DNA of 64,000 bases. Origin: Trueperaceae bacterium (GTDB lineage Bacteria; Deinococcota; Deinococci; Deinococcales; Trueperaceae). The notes below the pieces were generated by a model. The model saw only the letters and a list, made by a program, of their open reading frames with translations, was not told the DNA's origin and ran no database searches. Made by a program: the position numbers and the translations under genes. This document shows, piece by piece, positions 58,562 to 64,000 of the stretch (positions are counted from its first letter, which is position 1; every line of letters begins with the position of its first letter). Location: contig CBDCCT010000002.1 of NCBI GenBank assembly GCA_965214995.1, positions 4,795,160 to 4,859,159 of the forward strand. The letters run 5' to 3'.

Positions 58562-60178
58562 TTATCTTGTTGGACAGTTGACGAGGTTACCTGTGGATTC
58601 ATCCACCGGCAAGAAAGGCAGATTGCTCTGGGGCGGGACGGAGCAGTTAAAGGCAGGGTTGTCTGAGATGAAGGTGTTACCCACCGCGTTGTTATAGACG
58701 TTCGGGCCCATGTCAACCGGCGCAAAGCCCGAAATGGAGGTGAGCGACGCGTTGCCGCTGATGGTGAAAATCCGCCCTGGACGGCTGAGCTGTCCGAAGC
58801 CCGAGATGGATACCAGCGACGGGTTGTTATAAATATATAGCCCGTTCAGCACCTCAGGGCTGGTCCCGGTTTCCCCGACGCTCTCAAGTTTGCCGAAGCC
58901 GGAGATGGTGGTCAGTAGCGGGTTTTCCCCGATACTCAAGGTGGCATTGACCCTGCTGAGCTGCCCGAACTCTGGGATGGACGTGAGCACGGCGTTGTCG
59001 GAAATGTTAAACTGAAAAACTTCGCTGAGCTGGTTAAAGCCTGAGATGGAGGTCAGCGATTTGTTGGAGCCAATGTACAACCTGTTAGCGGTGAATGCGT
59101 CGGGGGCTGGGATACCGGTGAGTTGGTTGAAGTCCGGAATAGAGGTGAGGGCATCATTGTCTCCGATGAAGATGCCCCCATTCTGAAATTTGTTGAAGCC
59201 TGAAAAAGCAGTGAGGCCGGTGTTGGAAAGGCTGAAATCCCCACTCTCGAGTTGGTTGAACTCCGGGATGGAAGTGAGAGAGGGGGCGTTAGCGATGCTT
59301 ACTTCCCCACGCTTGAGCTTCTCGAAACCCGAAATGGAGGTGAGAGAGGGGTTGACGTTATATCTCCCGCTGCTATCAAACCTGAGAAAGCCAGCGTCGG
59401 TAAGCGCATTAAAGCCCGAAACAGAGGTGAGGGTGTCACTCTCTATCCAGATTCCGTCGCGGCTCGTTTGCAAGTCATCGAGAGGCGAAAAGTCGAGCGT
59501 TGCGGCGTCGGTAACGACGTGGACAAACCCAATCTCGCGGCAGCCTCTAAGCGCGTTCAAATCCTCTTGTGTGCGGATGATGACTTCTCCCTCGAGCACG
59601 CCCGAGTCACCGCACGCGCCTTCCCCCTCGATTTGATTAACTACCGCGTAGGCGTTGACGAAGTAGGAAAAGGGCTTTCCCTTGTGATATACCGTGAAGT
59701 CAAGGGCGCGCGTGAGCTCCTTTGGCGATAAAACGTTATCACTCCCTAAAATCCTGAAGTAGTCATCAATTTCAGGTTCTTCCGACCTCAGGTAGTTACC
59801 TTGCTTGGGCGTCTGCGCAGGCCGGAAGGTGAAAGGTTGGCTAAAGCTTTCATTGTCAGTGACGTTTCTAAAGCCAACCAGAAGGAAAACTACGTTTCCA
59901 GTGTGTTCGGGGCCATAACCAAAACCAACGTTGTAGACGGTTGCAGTAAGTTCCGTATCCGGCTGTAGCAGCCTCGGCTGCCCCGCTTGTTGCGTTTGCA
60001 GTCCTTCCATACCCACCGCAGTCACCTTGACTTGCTCACTGCTCGGGTCAATGTCAAAACGGAAACCCGCGACGTTCGCCCTTGCATCATCGGGCGCGGT
60101 TACTTCTGGTGCCGTGTCGCTACAGGCCGCGAGCACGAGCAAGCTTAACAGCATGAGTGGTGCAAGCAAACGCTTCAT
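58562..60178 (-). CDS. BspA-like leucine-rich-repeat surface lipoprotein, paralog
   Basis: Same architecture and the same C-terminal 'NCSVPPQSNLPFLPVDESTGNLVNCPT' motif. Lipobox LLVLAAC. Start trimmed to MKRLL at 60178. Confidence 0.6.
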   Translation of the reverse strand: MKRLLAPLMLLSLLVLAACSDTAPEVTAPDDARANVAGFRFDIDPSSEQVKVTAVGMEGLQTQQAGQPRLLQPDTELTATVYNVGFGYGPEHTGNVVFLLVGFRNVTDNESFSQPFTFRPAQTPKQGNYLRSEEPEIDDYFRILGSDNVLSPKELTRALDFTVYHKGKPFSYFVNAYAVVNQIEGEGACGDSGVLEGEVIIRTQEDLNALRGCREIGFVHVVTDAATLDFSPLDDLQTSRDGIWIESDTLTSVSGFNALTDAGFLRFDSSGRYNVNPSLTSISGFEKLKRGEVSIANAPSLTSIPEFNQLESGDFSLSNTGLTAFSGFNKFQNGGIFIGDNDALTSIPDFNQLTGIPAPDAFTANRLYIGSNKSLTSISGFNQLSEVFQFNISDNAVLTSIPEFGQLSRVNATLSIGENPLLTTISGFGKLESVGETGTSPEVLNGLYIYNNPSLVSISGFGQLSRPGRIFTISGNASLTSISGFAPVDMGPNVYNNAVGNTFISDNPAFNCSVPPQSNLPFLPVDESTGNLVNCPTR

Positions 60179-60520
60179 CCCTACGCTCCTCAATCTTCGC
60201 TTTGTTTTCATGTTTGTTGTTGACCTACACCTGTAGAAACTGACCCACGCGTCAGCTACCGGTCACGCCACCCCACGCACGTCCTCCAGAAAGATAGAAG
60301 TCACAACGCCTTGCGTTCATCCCCTCTCACCCCCTTAGATGAGAACATCTTGAGATGCGTGTAAAATACTTCACAGCCGCGCGTTTTGGATGAGAGGCAG
60401 CCTGTTGTTAAGGGTTTGATGAAGATTGTCAGCGGGATGTAACGTCCAAAAATGCAGGTGCGTTTTAACCCCTCGAGGCCCGGCACCTCCGCGCCCCCTT
60501 TCATGTTACACTTCGTCGTT

Positions 60521-60934
60521 ATGGCAATAGAACGCACCTTTGCAATGGTCAAACCCGACGGCGTCAAGCGCGGTCTGGTGGGTGAAGTGGTCGGTAGGAT
60601 AGAGCAAAAAGGCTTCACCCTAGTGGGCATGAAACTCATGCAGATTCCCCGCGAAACCGCCGAAAGGCACTACGGCGAACACGAGGGCAAGCCTTTTTTT
60701 GAAGGGCTCGTCTCTTTTATCACGGGCGGCCCGGTGGTGGCGATGGTCGTGGAGGGCGAGAACGCGATAGCCGAATGGCGCAAGATGATGGGCGCGACCA
60801 ACCCCAAAGACGCCGCCCCCGGCACCATCCGCGGCGACTTCGCCACCACGATTGACGAGAACGTCGCCCACGGCTCCGACGCGCCCGCGACCGCGGAGCG
60901 TGAGATTGGTATTTTTTTTGAGGAACTTTCTTAG
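60521..60934 (+). CDS. ndk: nucleoside diphosphate kinase
   Basis: '[12 protein letters not shown]' and 'NAIHGSD'-type motifs. Start at MAIERT. Confidence 0.9.
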   Translation: MAIERTFAMVKPDGVKRGLVGEVVGRIEQKGFTLVGMKLMQIPRETAERHYGEHEGKPFFEGLVSFITGGPVVAMVVEGENAIAEWRKMMGATNPKDAAPGTIRGDFATTIDENVAHGSDAPATAEREIGIFFEELS

Positions 60935-61047
60935 ACGCTAAGTTAGCTGAGAAAGGGGAAGGTGAAAAAGTACCGAGTAGAAAGTGAAAAGTAAAGCTCA
61001 ACGCTTTTTCTCCCCCATACCCTTTTTCCCACTTCCAGAGGTGTCCC

Positions 61048-62202
61048 ATGCCCCAACTTTCCGAAAAAATAGAAGCCCTCAAAGCCTCCGCGACGGTCGC
61101 TTTCAACACCAAGGCCAAGGAACTCGCGCGGAGCGGCGTGGACGTGGTGGCGATGACGGCGGGGGAGCCCGACTTTCAACCCCCCGAGCACGTGCTGGCG
61201 GCGGCGCATGAAGCGATTGACAAGGGGATGACCAAATACACGCCTTCTGAGGGAACGTTTGAACTGCGCGAGGCGGTCTGCGGCAAGTTCGCGCGCGAGA
61301 ACGGTCTCACTTACGCCCCTGACCAGATCATCGTCTCGACGGGCGGCAAGCAGGTGCTTTACAACGCGTTTATGTCGGTCTTGAACCCCGGCGACGAGGT
61401 CATCATCCCCGCGCCCTACTGGGTCTCGTACCCCGCGCAGGTCGAGCTTGCGGGCGGTGTGGCGGTGCCCGTGATGACGCGGCTCGAGGACGGCTTCGTC
61501 CCCGACCCGGAGGAGGTGCGCGCGGCCATCACCGAGCGCACCAAAGTCATCCTCATCAACTCGCCCTCGAACCCGACGGGCGCGGTTTACCCGCGCGAGG
61601 TGGTCGAGGCTTTGGTCGAGATGGCCGCCGAACGTGACATCTGGATTTTTGCCGACGACCTTTACGAGCACCTTGTTTACGAAGGCGAATTTACCGCCGC
61701 TGCGACCTACGCACCCGACAAAACGCTCGTCATCCACGGGGCGAGCAAGGCCTACGCGCTCACGGGCTGGCGCATCGGCTACGGCGCGGGACCCAGGGAC
61801 CTAATCAAGGCGATGAACCGCCTTCAGGGCCAGGTGACGAGCGGCGCGAACGCGGTGGCGCAGCACGCGGCGGCGGCGGCGCTCAACGAGGAGGAGAAAA
61901 CGCGCGAATTTATCGAGATGACCAAACGCGCCTATAAAGAGCGCCGCGATGTGCTGGTCGAGGGGCTCAACAAGCTGGGGCTAAAGACGCCGAAGCCGCA
62001 GGGTGCCTTCTACGTGATGACCGACGTGACGCCCATCCGCGAGGACGAGACGGAGGCGGCGATCGTGCTCCTGGAAAAAGCGCACGTCGGCGTGGTGCCG
62101 GGCACCGACTTTTACGCGCCGGGACTCGCGCGGCTGAGTTATGCGACGAGCATGGAAAATATTAACAAAGCACTCGAGCGCGTCAAGCGGTTGTTGGACT
62201 AG
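61048..62202 (+). CDS. class-I PLP-dependent (aspartate) aminotransferase
   Basis: 384 aa with an 'SKAYALTGWRIGY' Lys-containing motif. Confidence 0.85.
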   Translation: MPQLSEKIEALKASATVAFNTKAKELARSGVDVVAMTAGEPDFQPPEHVLAAAHEAIDKGMTKYTPSEGTFELREAVCGKFARENGLTYAPDQIIVSTGGKQVLYNAFMSVLNPGDEVIIPAPYWVSYPAQVELAGGVAVPVMTRLEDGFVPDPEEVRAAITERTKVILINSPSNPTGAVYPREVVEALVEMAAERDIWIFADDLYEHLVYEGEFTAAATYAPDKTLVIHGASKAYALTGWRIGYGAGPRDLIKAMNRLQGQVTSGANAVAQHAAAAALNEEEKTREFIEMTKRAYKERRDVLVEGLNKLGLKTPKPQGAFYVMTDVTPIREDETEAAIVLLEKAHVGVVPGTDFYAPGLARLSYATSMENINKALERVKRLLD

Positions 62203-62285
62203 CTCGCGTTCTAGACCCACCCCTGCCACACCTCGTTTTGACTCAGGCTTTAGCGGGGTTTAGTTGGCGTATCTTACAGGTTGGC

Positions 62286-62768
62286 CTAAGGGCTCGAGAA
62301 CGCCAGCCTGGCCGCCTCCAACCTAAGCGCCTCCACCTCGTCGTATTGGCGCGCGGCGCGGCGCCCCAACTCGCCAAAGTCAACGTCGCGGAAGCGTGCG
62401 TCGTCGCTGTATAGGGCGTTCATGAGTCGCCACAGCAAGCTTTTGCCGTGGACGCCGAGCGCGAGCGTTTCGAACGCCTCCACCAGGCCCAAGGGGTCCG
62501 AATCGGCCCTGCCCCCGAGCTTGAGTCGGCTCGCCTTTTCCGCGAGCCAGGCCCCCGCCTTTTTGGCGGCGCTCTCCTCGCCGCCGATTCTGTTTATCAA
62601 CTCTTTTAGAAGCGCCTGGTCTTTTTGGATTTCCGGCAAAAGACGTTCTAGGCGCGCGGCACCCAAGCCGCCCGGGTCCTCCCGGAGGTGACGCTCGATG
62701 CCCTCCAGGGCCGCCTCCGAACCGGCCAGATGGTCGTTTAGGTATATTTCCAGCCTTTCGTCCGCCAC
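62286..62768 (-). CDS. hypothetical helical protein
   Basis: 160-aa ORF with matching codon usage. No family recognised. Confidence 0.4.
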   Translation of the reverse strand: MADERLEIYLNDHLAGSEAALEGIERHLREDPGGLGAARLERLLPEIQKDQALLKELINRIGGEESAAKKAGAWLAEKASRLKLGGRADSDPLGLVEAFETLALGVHGKSLLWRLMNALYSDDARFRDVDFGELGRRAARQYDEVEALRLEAARLAFSSP

Positions 62769-63077
62769 GTTACCGCTCCCTTTTGTGAACAGCTTAAAGC
62801 ATCTCGAGTCGTCATAAAACTTGCTGCCGGCGCGTCTAAACCGGGGTCAGGGTGCCTGAAGCGTCGAGCGCGGCCCGGCTTGCGAACGTGTGTGTCTGGT
62901 TCGCCATAACGTTCCCTTAAAGATACCTCAGAGACGGTGCGGAAGTGGCCCCGAACGAAGTGCGCGCCGGGCGCTCCCACAGCCTTTTCTTGGTTCGACT
63001 CCGGGTCCCAGGGCGCGTCAAGTCGATGACGAACCTCTCTAAAGGAGTAAACTAGGCTAGACCCACAGGAGGTAACC

Positions 63078-64000
63078 GTGCCCGCGACTCCACCCCACTC
63101 CCAAAAGGTTCATTTCAAGAACGCGGGGGGTGAGACCCTTGCCGCGCGGCTCGAGCTCCCCGTTAATCATGAGCCCCGCGCCTACGCGCTCTTCGCCCAC
63201 TGCTTCACCTGTTCAAAAAACTCCAAGGCGGCTCATCACATCGCCCGCGCGCTCGCGCAAGAGGGCGTCGCCGTGCTCCGCTTCGACTTTACCGGGCTCG
63301 GCGAGAGCGAGGGGGACTTTGCCGACACCACTTTTTCGTCCAACGTGGACGACCTCGTCGCCGCCGCCGCTTTTTTAGAAAGCACTTACGAGGCCCCCGC
63401 GCTGCTCGTCGGGCACTCGCTCGGGGGTGCCGCCGTGCTGCAAGCCGCGCCGAGGCTGGAGAGCGTCAAGGCGGTGGCGACTTTGGGCGCGCCGAGCAGC
63501 CCGGAGCACGTGACCAAGCTGCTTGCCGACGACCGCGAGACCATTCAAGAAAAAGGCGAGGCGGAGGTGGTGCTCAACGGGCGGCGCTTCACCATCAAAA
63601 AGGCGTTCTTGGACGACCTCGAGGAGGCGCGTATGGCGGAGGCCATCGACGAACTGCGCCGCGCGCTCCTCGTGCTGCATTCGCCCGTTGATAATATTGT
63701 AGGCGTCGAGAACGCGGCGGACATCTTCAAGGCCGCCAAGCATCCCAAAAGCTTTATCTCCTTAGGCGGGGCCGACCACCTCCTGTCAAACGCGCGCGAT
63801 TCATATTACGCGGGCGCGACCATCGCGGCGTGGGCGGGGCGGTATCTGGAGGAAAAACCCTCGTGGCGCGACGACGTTCACGACAACCGCGTCGTCACGC
63901 GTACCGAAAAGGGTCTTAGAACCGAGGGGCTGGCGAACGGCTTCCCCTTCGTGGCCGACGAGCCCGCTTCGGTCGGCGGCACCGAGACGGGGCCGACCCC
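63078..64000 (+). CDS. alpha/beta-hydrolase fused to OsmC-family domain (3' partial)
   Basis: GTG start 5 nt after aggagg. 'LVGHSLGG' nucleophile elbow, then a C-terminal OsmC-like region. It runs off the window end. Confidence 0.7.
   Translation, partial: MPATPPHSQKVHFKNAGGETLAARLELPVNHEPRAYALFAHCFTCSKNSKAAHHIARALAQEGVAVLRFDFTGLGESEGDFADTTFSSNVDDLVAAAAFLESTYEAPALLVGHSLGGAAVLQAAPRLESVKAVATLGAPSSPEHVTKLLADDRETIQEKGEAEVVLNGRRFTIKKAFLDDLEEARMAEAIDELRRALLVLHSPVDNIVGVENAADIFKAAKHPKSFISLGGADHLLSNARDSYYAGATIAAWAGRYLEEKPSWRDDVHDNRVVTRTEKGLRTEGLANGFPFVADEPASVGGTETGPT

Overview
This 64 kb window is a high-GC (~67%) bacterial chromosomal segment whose gene content points to a Deinococcus–Thermus-like organism (inference). 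The supporting genes are an archaeal-type ProRS, DinB_2, a FrnE-like DsbA, SbcCD, ComF, a rhodanese, TTT transporters and a TTG-started PIN-like toxin. Most of it is housekeeping: surE, a polyprenyl synthase, MoeB/ThiF, deoA, hslO, nrdR, sbcCD, proS, polA, glmM, mmsA, ndk and an aspartate aminotransferase. I found no rRNA, tRNA, CRISPR array or transposase. Several things stand out against that background:
- An ECF sigma factor and RskA-type anti-sigma pair sits next to a secreted CHRD-domain protein that is flanked on both sides by extreme Met/Gly/Asp-rich 'MTGGDM' repeats.
- A ~1.7 kb low-GC island carries a PadR regulator and a membrane-anchored protein built of PPR-like 32-residue repeats ('TYNxLI'). 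It is inserted between a tartrate-dehydrogenase/enolase-superfamily pair and a tctCAB transporter.
- A second low-GC islet carries two small unknown ORFs, one with a PIN-like 'YLDTNVLS' N-terminus.
- There are two tandem SPFH/band-7 coiled-coil membrane proteins.
- A lower-GC block encodes two tandem BspA-like LRR lipoprotein paralogs that share a conserved Cys-containing C-terminal motif.
- A MOFRL glycerate kinase is broken by two frameshifts.
- A cluster of three G/C-clamped palindromic hairpins lies in a convergent intergenic region.
- A ~540 nt non-coding, lower-GC leader precedes a small membrane protein.
- There is a DUF433/DUF5615 toxin–antitoxin-like pair.
- A translationally coupled trio encodes a GNAT protein, a membrane protein with an HExxH-like motif, and a C45 Ntn-acyltransferase.
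All family assignments are from reading the translated motifs by eye. No database search was run.
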